From assembly GCA_027923505.1 (NCBI GenBank), contig BROI01000016.1:496001-560000 (forward strand): a stretch of 64,000 nt of DNA, in the 5' to 3' direction. The position numbers and the translations under genes are program-made. The notes under the pieces are model-generated. The model ran no database searches. It was not told where the DNA came from and worked only from the letters and a program-made list of their open reading frames with translations. The stretch comes from Mayamaea pseudoterrestris (lineage: Eukaryota). Shown piece by piece: positions 23,084 to 36,167 of the stretch; the first letter of the stretch is position 1, and every line of letters begins with the position of its first letter.

Positions 23084-26000
23084 TTACAAATCTACAATGC
23101 GTCTTCTCCGCCTCCTTCGCCTTGTACGCATGACGCAAACGTTTCTCCTGCAAGTGTATCCCTGTAAGCACTGCGTCTTGCGCACGCAGCGCCCGCCGGG
23201 AGAAACAGCCTTGACGCAAACTTTGTTCGTATCCGTCGTTCCGTCGCAATTGGTGTTCGAGCCACAGCATTGTTTTATTCTCATGCACGCCGCACCAAGT
23301 GGCTTACATGAGGGAGTGCTGATTCGCGAGCACACGAGACTCAGATTTGTAAAACTTGCGTAAGTATGGATCGAAACAAAAACAGACGAGTCGGATACAA
23401 GCGCTTCCGTCGTACATGCTTCCGTAGACGACGGGCCTCCAGATACGCACGAGTATTTGTCTGCGAGTGGATGCGGAGTCGATCCAATTTGAACATACAG
23501 ATCAGCATCACCATCAGCACCGCCACTAATTGAACACGCGACTTTCTCTCCTGTGATGACCCCATCCAATCGGAATACTTGAAGGGCGGTGTCACCGCCA
23601 GCAATGCCAGAAATTCCTGTTTGGATGATTTTGTTTGTAATGGCAATAGGAGTTGGCTCTTGGCCGCAGATAATGTCCGTGCTGATGGCAGTGGACAGAG
23701 TCGAAAAAGGTTGTGTCGTCACTTGCGCGTACACTCCTGCCGATCCATCGGCCAATGAAGAAGTACACTCCTTGACTCCAGTACAGGCGAGTTCAGGCGC
23801 CATTCCCGCGTTCGGTACACTTCCGTAGTATACCTGGAGCTCGGCAACAATATTTTCGCTGGCTTTCATGACACATGTCGCTTGTTTGCCTTGGTCAATA
23901 ACTGTATCTAAGCTGTACAAATTAATGCGGTCATTTTTTCCGACTGTATCCACCTGGAAAGCAGTGTCGGTGTAATACACCCAGTTGGAAAGTGGATTTA
24001 CTTTGATTGGCTGCAACGAACATGTCAAACTCAAGCCACTAAATGCCTGACCGACAGCGTACACTCCGAAATACAAGTTTGTCGTCGCTTTCTGCGGAGA
24101 ATTGAAGATGCACAGCGCAGAACCACGAACAAACTCGCTCCCTGCAACAGAGCACGGATCATACTCGTTGATGTCGCCGTCGTCTGTCATCAACGAACCA
24201 TATAGAGTTGGTACACCGGTCTGGGTAGTGACTTTGCAGCTCACTGCGGTGAGCGGAGGAATACTGGGTAGAATGAACAAATTCGCATAGCCAGGGCTCG
24301 CCGCCAGCCCAGTCTGCGCCACACCATTCGCCAGTGGCGTCCAAGTCGACGTTTTCGTACAAGTCAACGACAGATTGGTAAAGGCGGTATACGCGTAAAC
24401 AGTGATCCAAACCTTGGTCACATCGCCTTGAAAGGAACCAACCGTGCACGCTTCGGTAGAGTATTGTCCAAGTGACGAGCAGCTGGCGCTGCGATCGTAG
24501 TTTCTAATGCTCTGCATGGTCAAATACAAATCAGCATCTCCATTGTCACCGTTAAGGCTGCACGAGACTGTCGTTCCGTATGGAACGCCGGCAATTCCAT
24601 ACTGGAGCAGCTGTCCCTTGACGGCATTAATGCCGGTGATGGGTGTGTTGGTATACAAGGTCACCAAGCCAACGGCTTGCCAGGCCGCCTCAACGGACTT
24701 TACATGATTTCCAGCATGAAGCATGGTGCACTCCCGAATTTCATAAAACCCAGACAGCGGCGTCAAACAAGCAGTGTTGGCCATGTAAAAGATTTTAGCC
24801 GCTATTATCAAGGACGTGTCAAAGTCTTGATCAATGGGAGGGACCACCACATTCGACTTGCCGCGCGGATGCTTGCCGCCTTGCACCATGAGCGTAAAGG
24901 CAAGGTTCATGATACCCGAGTTCCAATGAACACCACCGGCATCACTTGTACCCTGGTACCTGTCTGGGTACCAGTCAACGCCGGAATCCCCTTGCGTTGG
25001 GTTTGTCATGTAGCGAAAGGCATCTCCTGGAACGCTTGGCGTATATACTTTCTCGCCAATCATCCAAGTGTTGGCAATGTTTGCACCATTCTCGCGGTCC
25101 ACGCAGGCACCCATAATGTCCGAAAAGGCTTCATTCAATGCGCCCGATTCTGCTTGATACACCAAGCCACTTGTCCACTGCGTGACACCATGACTTTGTT
25201 GATGATAGATGATAGTGTGAGCGAGAAAGTATCTCCATGTGCACGTCGTGCGTATCAAAAGACCCCCGCAAGACTCACCTCAACTCGTGGCCCACAACGT
25301 CAATGCCCCGACTCAGTGGCCCCAAAACGTTGCCGTCGCCATCACCATAGGTCATACTCGTCGTATCCCAAAACGCATTATTGTAATTTGTAGAGTAGTG
25401 CACATGCGAAATCAACGTCATGCCATTGTCATCAATCGAGTCGCGACCAAAGTGTTTCTTGTAAAACTCCCACGTGCTAATCGCAAAGTTGTGCGCGTCA
25501 TTCACCACAGGGTCACTGGTGGCAAGTCTCCTGCTGCTGGTGCTCACGACGCGGCAATTGTCGGTGCGGTCCGCGTTGAGGCAATTCTCCGTCCGCAGGC
25601 TCAGCGCGCCGTGCACCTGCGGACGTACGGCGACAATATCTCCCGTCACCACGGAGGCATACAGAAACGTCTTTTGATAGGGACCTTCAATCGGCATGTA
25701 ACCAATCATGCGCTGCCATGCTTTATGGGCATCGCCGTACTGATCAAACACAATCTTGACGTCACACTCCGTCAACCAAACGGCGTCGCTGCCGTAGTTT
25801 GGATCCGTCAGCGTGTCGGCAAACGCATCCTCGCAACTCACTCGCACCTTGGTATCCACGGATCCTTCCATGACAAACTCGCCGTTGACCGCATACACCT
25901 TTCCCCGCTTATCCAAATGCATCACCATGGCAGCATCCACCACGGAAACGTTTTGATACGTTTGCTGAAACCGCACATGCTGGTGTCCCTTGACATCCTT

Positions 26001-26234
26001 GACGAGCTTGTTTTTGCGTTTCGAAACACGAAAATCTTCCCGGCCCGTGGCGCCGAGGCTGGTGCGCAGAATGCTGGCCAAGGTGGAAGTTGCCGCCGGA
26101 AGGGCGCCGTTGGCTGCAACGTTCGTGTCGGACACTTGTCCCAGCGAACCTCGCGTAAAGGTGAAGCCTCCCGTCTTGTCGGATGCGACAATGGTTGCCA
26201 ACAGTAGAATGATGCAAGGAATACGCATCGTCAT
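23084..26234 (-). CDS. Secreted thermolysin-family (M4) metalloprotease B, copy 1
   Basis: Signal peptide, HVRFQQTYQ propeptide, NNAFWD, HELSH after splicing intron 25194-25278, GALNEAFSD, GGVHWNSGI, GDADLY x2, 10-Cys tail and a poly-Arg end. Confidence 0.92.
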
Positions 26235-26266
26235 GATTGTCTTTAGTTACTCTGTTTTGTTCAACT

Positions 26267-29200
26267 TTAGTAGCTCGAGGCTCGTGACCGAGTCGCAATA
26301 TGTGAGCTATCGGATGGCAATAGAGATGCAGCAATGTGCCAATCGAATGTCGAGAACCTGGTGCGATGTCCGCAGCAGTCGAGTGCCTTGCGACAAGGCT
26401 GGCGGAATGTCTTACAACCCGATTTGTCCTGACTGCATGTGATGCTCAAGCCCGAATAACTCTCGCTAGCGTAGACGGTGGCATAGACAGTTGTGTCCAT
26501 TGAAATGACTTGGGTCTCGCACACCTCGTTAGACATGCTAGGAGTACTGGCTTCGCAGTCGTTTCGACCTGACAATGGGTGCGCCATACCTCCCTGTCGC
26601 ACGTACAAGTCCGCGTCACCATTAGTGCCTTCAATGTGACATTCCATTTTTGCACCCCGGAGTACGTTTGCCAGTTGATAGACGCGAATGATCGAGTCTG
26701 TGCTATCGACCCCATCCTGATTTGGCAATGCGACTCCATCCGATAAACTGACTGTCGGACGCTTTTTGCCACAAACGACTTCCATGTTTTCTGGTTCGGG
26801 ATCATTAGTGAGATCTCGCACAGCATACACCCTCGCATATACCTCTGTGCTGACCTCAGCCGCATCGGATAAACATTCTGCAAAGTTGGTGTCGTAAGGA
26901 ACACTTGAGGCACAAGCTAGCCTGGAATCGGTCGCGTCTGCCGGTCGTCCAAAGTAGATGCTGAGCCCTGTGTGAAGGTGCTTGCTCCCCTTCACAAAAC
27001 ATGACACTTGTTCGCTCGCCTCAAGAGGGACGTCCAGTGTGTAATAGTATATATACTCCACGCCAATGTCTTGGGTGAAGATGTTAGCTTCAGGTTGCAC
27101 CACCCAGTTCGAGATGGCGGTCACTCGTTGTGGCTCGACCGTGCAAGTCAGAGTCACCCCTTCAAAGCCCGCGCTATAGGCAAAAAATGAGAGCCTCATG
27201 TTCGAATAATCTATCCCGCTTAAGGTCTGCATAGTGAATTCAGCAACTCCTTGATTATATCGACCTTCGTCAATGATATCGTAGTTGTAGTCAAAAGCGG
27301 ACTTGTCGTCAACAAAGCTGACCTCCACAACAGAAGGAATAACATCCGGTGCTTCAATGGAACATTTCACGGAAGCCAGGGCTGGAATGTTGGTATACAA
27401 ACAGGATAGACTGGCATCAATTTTTGCTCGTAATTCTGTCGCAGGTACTCCGTTTTGAATGATATTCCAGGCCGAGTCAACCGATGCGCAAGAAAGCTTC
27501 AAGTTGTTGAAAGACGAGTAAGCCGAAATAATGATTGACGCAGTTGTCATGTGATCAGAAGGACCAACTGCACATGCTTCCACCGAGCCGAAATCTTCCG
27601 TCAGGCAGGAGGGAATAGAATCGGTCGCAAAGTATGGACCATTAATTTCCATATAAAGGTCCGCATCCCCGTTGTCGCCTTCAAGCGTGCAAGAAAGCAA
27701 TTTGCCAGCAAGAAGACCCACGTAAAGAAAACTCAGTGTGTCTCCCTTTTCAGCGGACAATCCAACTATCGGTATACCATCACTGACCACTGCAGGCCTG
27801 CATCCAACTGCGTCCCACGCCGCCTCAACGTTGGTCGCGAATGCGCCAGCATGAAGCAAGGTGCATTCTCGAATTTCGTAGAACCCTGATGCGGGAGTCA
27901 AGCAAGCGGTATTAGCCATGTAAAAAATATTGGCAGCAGCTAGCAGAGAAGTGTCAAAGTTGGGATGAATCGCTGGAACAACAATATCCGTCATCCCGCG
28001 CGGATGCGTGCCGCCTTGCACCATGAGAACGAATGCCAAGCTGACAATGCCAGAGTTCCAGTGCACGCCGCCATTATCATCATCACCTTGATACCTATCC
28101 GGATAGTAATCGGTCTCGCCCTCACCAGTCCTTGTCGGGTCATTCAAATAGCGCAAAGCGTCACCTTTCATGCCAGGTGTCCATACCTCTTCCCCAAGCA
28201 GCCACGTATTTTTGACCGATGCACCTTCTTGACGATCCATGCAGGCGCCCATAATGTCGGATATAGCCTCATTCAAAGCTCCGCTGTCACCATAACCTAT
28301 AAGTCCCGAGGTGTAATCCGTGACGCCGTGGCTGTTCAATGAAACGAATGAAGTGGTAAGGAGCGTTGTCGATATAGCTTTCAACTGACGTAAGCTTACT
28401 CACGTATACTCATGCCCCACGACATCAAGCGCACGGGAGAGTGGATTGAGCAGTTCACCGTCACCATCTCCATACTGTAAGGCGTATCCATCCCATGCCG
28501 CATTGTTATAGTTCCTTCCAACGTGCACCTGCGAAACAATTTCAATACCTTGGTCGTCAAGAGAGTCGCGCCCAAAGTTGCGACGATAGAATTTATATGC
28601 AATTCGTGCATTGTTGTGAGCGTCATTGATAACCTTGTCGCGCGTCTTGATCACTCTGTTGCTCGTGCTGACAACCTTGCATCTGTATGTATTGAAAGAA
28701 TTATTGCAATTTTCCGTGCGGAGCGCCATGGCGCCCATGACCTGCGGGCGAGTGGCGACAATGTCGCCCGTGACGACGGATGCGTAGAGTAGCGTTTTTT
28801 GGTAGAGTCCCTGCGCTGGCTGATATCCAATCATGCGCACCCACGCCTTGTGAGCGTCTCCGTGCCTGCCGTCAATGACAATCTTGGTGTCGCAATCGGT
28901 GAGCCACGTCGCAGCAGTTTGATACTTTGGATTCTCCAGAATGCCATTGAATGCCTGCTCACAGGTCACTTTTTCGTTCATATCGACGCTTCCATCCGTT
29001 ACAAATTCTCCATGAATGGCGTACACTTGGTTGTCCTCATTCAAGTGCATGACAATCGCCGCATCCACAACCTCCAAAGCTTGGTAGGTTTGCTCATACC
29101 GCAGATGTTTGTGATTTTGCTGGTCCGCCACCATTCGATTCTTGTGCTTGCCGGGACGAATGCTTTCGCGCCCCGTCGCTCCAGATCGTTCCTGCAAGAC

Positions 29201-29538
29201 GGTTGTCAACGTTTCTAATGCAGCAGAAAGTAGTTGATTGGCATTCACGGATTCGCCCGAGATGGAGGGATTACTCTCATTTTCTGGTGCTTGAACAGTT
29301 CCAAGACTTCCCTGGAAAAATATGGAGCCGCTCTTTTTGGAAAGCGTCTGGGCCACGGCAACATGGGGCGTGACAAAGGCCAACCAAGCCAGAATGCGGG
29401 GAATATTGGAGGTGCGAAACGTCCCCGCTGTCCTAGTATTTCCAAATATGACGAGCACGATGCTGGTGAGTGTTATCCATTTTGCTTGTCAGACACTTTA
29501 TATCGTTCCACGGCTTGCGTTACTTACCTGGTCCTCAT
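26267..29538 (-). CDS. M4 metalloprotease A, copy 2, C-terminally truncated/chimeric at the duplication junction
   Basis: Protein matches copy 1 except for one G>A change in the propeptide and a 33-aa novel tail after ...ALDCCG. Intron 28332-28403. Confidence 0.85.
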
Positions 29539-29970
29539 GTTGTTTATGTTGTTGATGAACAAGAAAAAGTGTCGGATGGCAGCTCGATTCAATCGTGTCA
29601 AATCTGTGATTTTTTGTGTGGCCGGCTGTTTTCATGATGTAAATAGGAAAGGTTTTGCCAATTCATGATCGGAAATGACTTTTCCGACCCATCATGCGCG
29701 CACCAAGGAAACGTCATCATGTCGTAGCAGTTTTACAAGTTGGTTGCCGTGCTCTCGAAGCCTTGGAAACGCATCATGGCCGCTCCTTTTTCGTCTTCCA
29801 TCCATCGTCACGAAACGTTGAAGCTTGCCGCACACAATTCTTTTGGAAGCAACCTTGACCAATATTGCTATCTTTTGCTCGAGACGCTCCAGTAGAGACG
29901 AGAACTCAATCAACGAGAACCAGGAGGAATCGCTGTCTGTTTTTGAATTAAAATAAAACGCAACGCCACC

Positions 29971-32043
29971 ATGCTTCAGTACGACAATTCAGCCTTTTAC
30001 TTTTTCCTGCTGAGCATGCTCAGCTTTTATTTGATTCCATGTACGTTTTCGTATTGTATTTTTGAAAGAGATGGATGGTGAAAGATGCTGCATGAGAAAT
30101 ATGCGCAGGCGAGATGTTCCATGCAGCGCCAAGGCAATATTGCGACGCGATGGATTGTCATCGTTTACAATCATTTGCCGCTTTTGTCTTCTCACTCGCT
30201 CATTACATGATACAATTTGATTGCAGCATGGTACGGCATTCTATCCAGAGTCTACAGAATTCTTTCGGCGAGCGACAAGGAGATTGGAGCCGTGACTCGA
30301 ACGACTGCCGAACAAAAAAAGGCCGAGCAGCTCAAGAAGGAAACCAAGGGTTTGACGCAACTTTTGACGCGCAGCTTTTTAACCAATCTTGCCGTGACAG
30401 TCATTTTGACTCTAGTATTCTTGTGGCTACTATACAAGGTGACTTCGGATGAAGGTCAAGTCAACTCGTTTGATCCATTCACCATTTTGGAGATTGACTC
30501 CGGCGCCGACTCTAAAATTATCAAAAAGGCCTACCGCCGCCTATCGCTCGTCTACCATCCCGACAAGAATCCCGGCGATCGGGCGGCTGCCGCAAAATTC
30601 ATCATGGTCAAGAAAGCGTACGAGTCACTGACGGATGAAACTGCCAAGGAGAATTGGGAAAAGTATGGAAACCCAGACGGCAAGCAGAGTTTGGAGGTGA
30701 GCATTGGATTGCCAGCGTTTTTGCTCGATACCAACTACCGCAACTTGGTGTTAGTCGCGTATTTGATCATCATGGTGGTGGTCATTCCATTGGCAGTATG
30801 GACATACTACTCCGACTCGAGTCAGTATGGCGAAAAGGATGTCATGTACGATACCTACTCGTGGTTTCATCACGCACTTTCGGACAGTTCGCCGGTGAGG
30901 TCGCTGCCCGAGTCACTGGCCGGCGCCGCCGAGTTTCGCACGCGCAACAAGCCAACGGATGCGGGTGAGCGCAAGGAGATTGCCGATTTGATGCAAAAGG
31001 ATATCAAGGCGAGCATGACCAAGCCGAAATTTAATCATCCTGTGGTTGTCAAGGGAAATTTGTTATTGCATGCGCACTTGCTGCGCAAATCAAATTTACT
31101 CAGTCCCAAGCTACAAGACGATTTAAAGTACATGCTGCGATGCTCGAATTCATTAATTGAAGCCATGATTTCCGTCTGCAAGCATCAAGAGTGGCTCAAC
31201 ACTGCAATTCAATGCATTGAGTTTGGCCAGTGCGTCGCCCAAGCCATGTGGTCCAAGGACAGTCCACTGCTGCAGCTTCCGCACTTTACACAAGAGGAAG
31301 TCAAGCACTGCGAAAATGGCAAGGTCAAGATAACATCCATCAAGCAATACAAGGAGCTGCCGGACGACCAAAAGAAGGGAATGAATGACTTTACCGACGC
31401 GCAAAAGAGAGATGTTGCGCAGTATCTCAACATTTTCCCCGACATTACTGTTGAAACGAGAGTTTACACGGACGACGACGAAGATCCAGCCGTGTACGAG
31501 GGCGATTTGGTCACGGTGGAGGTGACTCTGACACGCAACAATCTTGCACCCGGCGAAAAGGCGGGTCTCGTGCACGCTCCATTCTTTCCGTTTCCCAAGA
31601 AGGAGTCTTGGTGGGTCATGCTTGGTCAGCTGCATGCTGGCAAGATTGTTTCGATTGAACAATTGTCCAACCCGAACCAGAAAGTCGTGCACAAGATCAA
31701 GTTCCAGGCCCCACCCAAGGGTACATATGTTTTTGATCTGGTTATCAAATCGAACGCCTACGTTGGATGCGACGCGCAGGTCAAGGTTGACATGGAGACG
31801 AAGGACGCATCTACATTACCTGAATACAAGGTGCACGCCGAAGATGCGGAGCTTGATGACGAGCCCACATTGTTTGAGGAGATGCTGAATGCGAATATCG
31901 AGCGCGACAGTGACGACGAGGATTCCGACGATGAGGACGAAGACGCAGACAATGGCCAGGCCATGAGTGCAGCAGACAAGAAGAAGGAGCAGTTACGAAA
32001 AGCACGACAGGACGATGACGACGATGATTCGGATAGTGACTAA
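29971..32043 (+). CDS. SEC63: Sec63, copy 2
   Basis: Translation is identical to copy 1. Intron 30041-30226. Confidence 0.93.
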
Positions 32044-32447
32044 TTAGTATGTATGTTTGCGTTTGCTTCATTCCATTCTTTCGCGCATAGTACTATAGCT
32101 TGAAACATTTGATAGAACTATGCAGCATTTACTAAAGCATAGGGTGTATGATGCGTACAAAAACGTTCCAGCAGACTATGATCGAGACCATTCTGACTGG
32201 AGCAAAGATAATCTCACCAGCACCTATCCATTAGTGATGATTGATGCACTACAGGACGTAGGGCAGTCGATGCTTGCGCAACTTCTTCAGAATCTATGCA
32301 GTGTTGTGCTCGCCGCCGAAAGTCAACAGGCGCATCGCGCAGCTAAGGCGCACAACGCTTCATGACGCAAGATTGCCGACAAAATTTGCCAGCAATTACT
32401 TTAATCTATTACGAAACGCATTGTCACTACAATGTTTCTCTAATAAT

Positions 32448-35400
32448 TTACAAATCTACAATGCGTCTTCTCCGCCTCCTTCGCCTTGTACGCATGACGC
32501 AAACGTTTCTCCTGCAAGTGTATCCCTGTAAGCACTGCGTCTTGCGCACGCAGCGCCCGCCGGGAGAAACAGCCTTGACGCAAACTTTGTTCGTATCCGT
32601 CGTTCCGTCGCAATTGGTGTTCGAGCCACAGCATTGTTTTATTCTCATGCACGCCGCACCAAGTGGCTTACATGAGGGAGTGCTGATTCGCGAGCACACG
32701 AGACTCAGATTTGTAAAACTTGCGTAAGTATGGATCGAAACAAAAACAGACGAGTCGGATACAAGCGCTTCCGTCGTACATGCTTCCGTAGACGACGGGC
32801 CTCCAGATACGCACGAGTATTTGTCTGCGAGTGGATGCGGAGTCGATCCAATTTGAACATACAGATCAGCATCACCATCAGCACCGCCACTAATTGAACA
32901 CGCGACTTTCTCTCCTGTGATGACCCCATCCAATCGGAATACTTGAAGGGCGGTGTCACCGCCAGCAATGCCAGAAATTCCTGTTTGGATGATTTTGTTT
33001 GTAATGGCAATAGGAGTTGGCTCTTGGCCGCAGATAATGTCCGTGCTGATGGCAGTGGACAGAGTCGAAAAAGGTTGTGTCGTCACTTGCGCGTACACTC
33101 CTGCCGATCCATCGGCCAATGAAGAAGTACACTCCTTGACTCCAGTACAGGCGAGTTCAGGCGCCATTCCCGCGTTCGGTACACTTCCGTAGTATACCTG
33201 GAGCTCGGCAACAATATTTTCGCTGGCTTTCATGACACATGTCGCTTGTTTGCCTTGGTCAATAACTGTATCTAAGCTGTACAAATTAATGCGGTCATTT
33301 TTTCCGACTGTATCCACCTGGAAAGCAGTGTCGGTGTAATACACCCAGTTGGAAAGTGGATTTACTTTGATTGGCTGCAACGAACATGTCAAACTCAAGC
33401 CACTAAATGCCTGACCGACAGCGTACACTCCGAAATACAAGTTTGTCGTCGCTTTCTGCGGAGAATTGAAGATGCACAGCGCAGAACCACGAACAAACTC
33501 GCTCCCTGCAACAGAGCACGGATCATACTCGTTGATGTCGCCGTCGTCTGTCATCAACGAACCATATAGAGTTGGTACACCGGTCTGGGTAGTGACTTTG
33601 CAGCTCACTGCGGTGAGCGGAGGAATACTGGGTAGAATGAACAAATTCGCATAGCCAGGGCTCGCCGCCAGCCCAGTCTGCGCCACACCATTCGCCAGTG
33701 GCGTCCAAGTCGACGTTTTCGTACAAGTCAACGACAGATTGGTAAAGGCGGTATACGCGTAAACAGTGATCCAAACCTTGGTCACATCGCCTTGAAAGGA
33801 ACCAACCGTGCACGCTTCGGTAGAGTATTGTCCAAGTGACGAGCAGCTGGCGCTGCGATCGTAGTTTCTAATGCTCTGCATGGTCAAATACAAATCAGCA
33901 TCTCCATTGTCACCGTTAAGGCTGCACGAGACTGTCGTTCCGTATGGAACGCCGGCAATTCCATACTGGAGCAGCTGTCCCTTGACGGCATTAATGCCGG
34001 TGATGGGTGTGTTGGTATACAAGGTCACCAAGCCAACGGCTTGCCAGGCCGCCTCAACGGACTTTACATGATTTCCAGCATGAAGCATGGTGCACTCCCG
34101 AATTTCATAAAACCCAGACAGCGGCGTCAAACAAGCAGTGTTGGCCATGTAAAAGATTTTAGCCGCTATTATCAAGGACGTGTCAAAGTCTTGATCAATG
34201 GGAGGGACCACCACATTCGACTTGCCGCGCGGATGCTTGCCGCCTTGCACCATGAGCGTAAAGGCAAGGTTCATGATACCCGAGTTCCAATGAACACCAC
34301 CGGCATCACTTGTACCCTGGTACCTGTCTGGGTACCAGTCAACGCCGGAATCCCCTTGCGTTGGGTTTGTCATGTAGCGAAAGGCATCTCCTGGAACGCT
34401 TGGCGTATATACTTTCTCGCCAATCATCCAAGTGTTGGCAATGTTTGCACCATTCTCGCGGTCCACGCAGGCACCCATAATGTCCGAAAAGGCTTCATTC
34501 AATGCGCCCGATTCTGCTTGATACACCAAGCCACTTGTCCACTGCGTGACACCATGACTTTGTTGATGATAGATGATAGTGTGAGCGAGAAAGTATCTCC
34601 ATGTGCACGTCGTGCGTATCAAAAGACCCCCGCAAGACTCACCTCAACTCGTGGCCCACAACGTCAATGCCCCGACTCAGTGGCCCCAAAACGTTGCCGT
34701 CGCCATCACCATAGGTCATACTCGTCGTATCCCAAAACGCATTATTGTAATTTGTAGAGTAGTGCACATGCGAAATCAACGTCATGCCATTGTCATCAAT
34801 CGAGTCGCGACCAAAGTGTTTCTTGTAAAACTCCCACGTGCTAATCGCAAAGTTGTGCGCGTCATTCACCACAGGGTCACTGGTGGCAAGTCTCCTGCTG
34901 CTGGTGCTCACGACGCGGCAATTGTCGGTGCGGTCCGCGTTGAGGCAATTCTCCGTCCGCAGGCTCAGCGCGCCGTGCACCTGCGGACGTACGGCGACAA
35001 TATCTCCCGTCACCACGGAGGCATACAGAAACGTCTTTTGATAGGGACCTTCAATCGGCATGTAACCAATCATGCGCTGCCATGCTTTATGGGCATCGCC
35101 GTACTGATCAAACACAATCTTGACGTCACACTCCGTCAACCAAACGGCGTCGCTGCCGTAGTTTGGATCCGTCAGCGTGTCGGCAAACGCATCCTCGCAA
35201 CTCACTCGCACCTTGGTATCCACGGATCCTTCCATGACAAACTCGCCGTTGACCGCATACACCTTTCCCCGCTTATCCAAATGCATCACCATGGCAGCAT
35301 CCACCACGGAAACGTTTTGATACGTTTGCTGAAACCGCACATGCTGGTGTCCCTTGACATCCTTGACGAGCTTGTTTTTGCGTTTCGAAACACGAAAATC

Positions 35401-35598
35401 TTCCCGGCCCGTGGCGCCGAGGCTGGTGCGCAGAATGCTGGCCAAGGTGGAAGTTGCCGCCGGAAGGGCGCCGTTGGCTGCAACGTTCGTGTCGGACACT
35501 TGTCCCAGCGAACCTCGCGTAAAGGTGAAGCCTCCCGTCTTGTCGGATGCGACAATGGTTGCCAACAGTAGAATGATGCAAGGAATACGCATCGTCAT
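32448..35598 (-). CDS. M4 metalloprotease B, copy 2 (retains native upstream region)
   Basis: Translation is identical to copy 1. Intron 34558-34642. Confidence 0.92.
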
Positions 35599-36167
35599 GA
35601 TTGTCTTTAGTTACTCTGTTTTGTTCAACTTTAGTAGCTCGAGGCTCGTGACCGAGTCGCAATATGTGAGCTATCGGATGGCAATAGAGATGCAGCAATG
35701 TGCCAATCGAATGTCGAGAACCTGGTGCGATGCAAGCAAAAGCGTTCCAAGCTGTCAAGCAAATCTTGCTGTCAAATATGGAGTCAATCGTTGAAAAGTC
35801 GAAACGTTCCAACGTGCTACCGTCCAAGAATCGGACTGCCAGAAGTGATTTTTCGAAACCATCCAACGCCATACGCCAAGGGCGCTCTGCCAATTCCGTT
35901 CGGTTCAACGACTCGTGTCAAAACTGTGAAGGTCATGTAAGAGGTCATTAATGACTCTGCTTAATTTTTCAGAGTCATTTGATGTACTGTTTGACATATA
36001 CCTGACGAAGGCAATGTTCCATGGAATATCAATGTTCCGGACGCCGAACGACTGTTCTTCGATGTTCGAATCGTTGGCGAGTGAGCACATGCAGTTCTCA
36101 AAACAATGATGATCACCTTGGCGCCACTGCTAGCAAAGCCTTGCATGGCTGGACATGAATCTGAACA

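Larger units (their letters stand above)
17005..26368. repeat. 9,364-bp tandem segmental duplication, unit 1
   Basis: Sequence and ORF track recur with a constant offset of 9364. Confidence 0.97.
26369..35732. repeat. 9,364-bp tandem segmental duplication, unit 2
   Basis: Junction ...gtgcgatg|tccgcagc... joins sequence matching up to 35732 with sequence matching from 17005. Confidence 0.97.

Noticed and set aside
24677..26207. Long plus-strand ORFs (238 and 322 aa) opposite protease B, repeated in unit 2
   Set aside because: Antisense shadows of a codon-biased gene, with no protein motifs.
16858..35598. Bacterial contamination or a transposon as the source of the protease block
   Set aside because: The genes contain spliceosomal introns and are interleaved with SEC63. 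No transposase, RT, terminal repeats or target-site duplication were seen.
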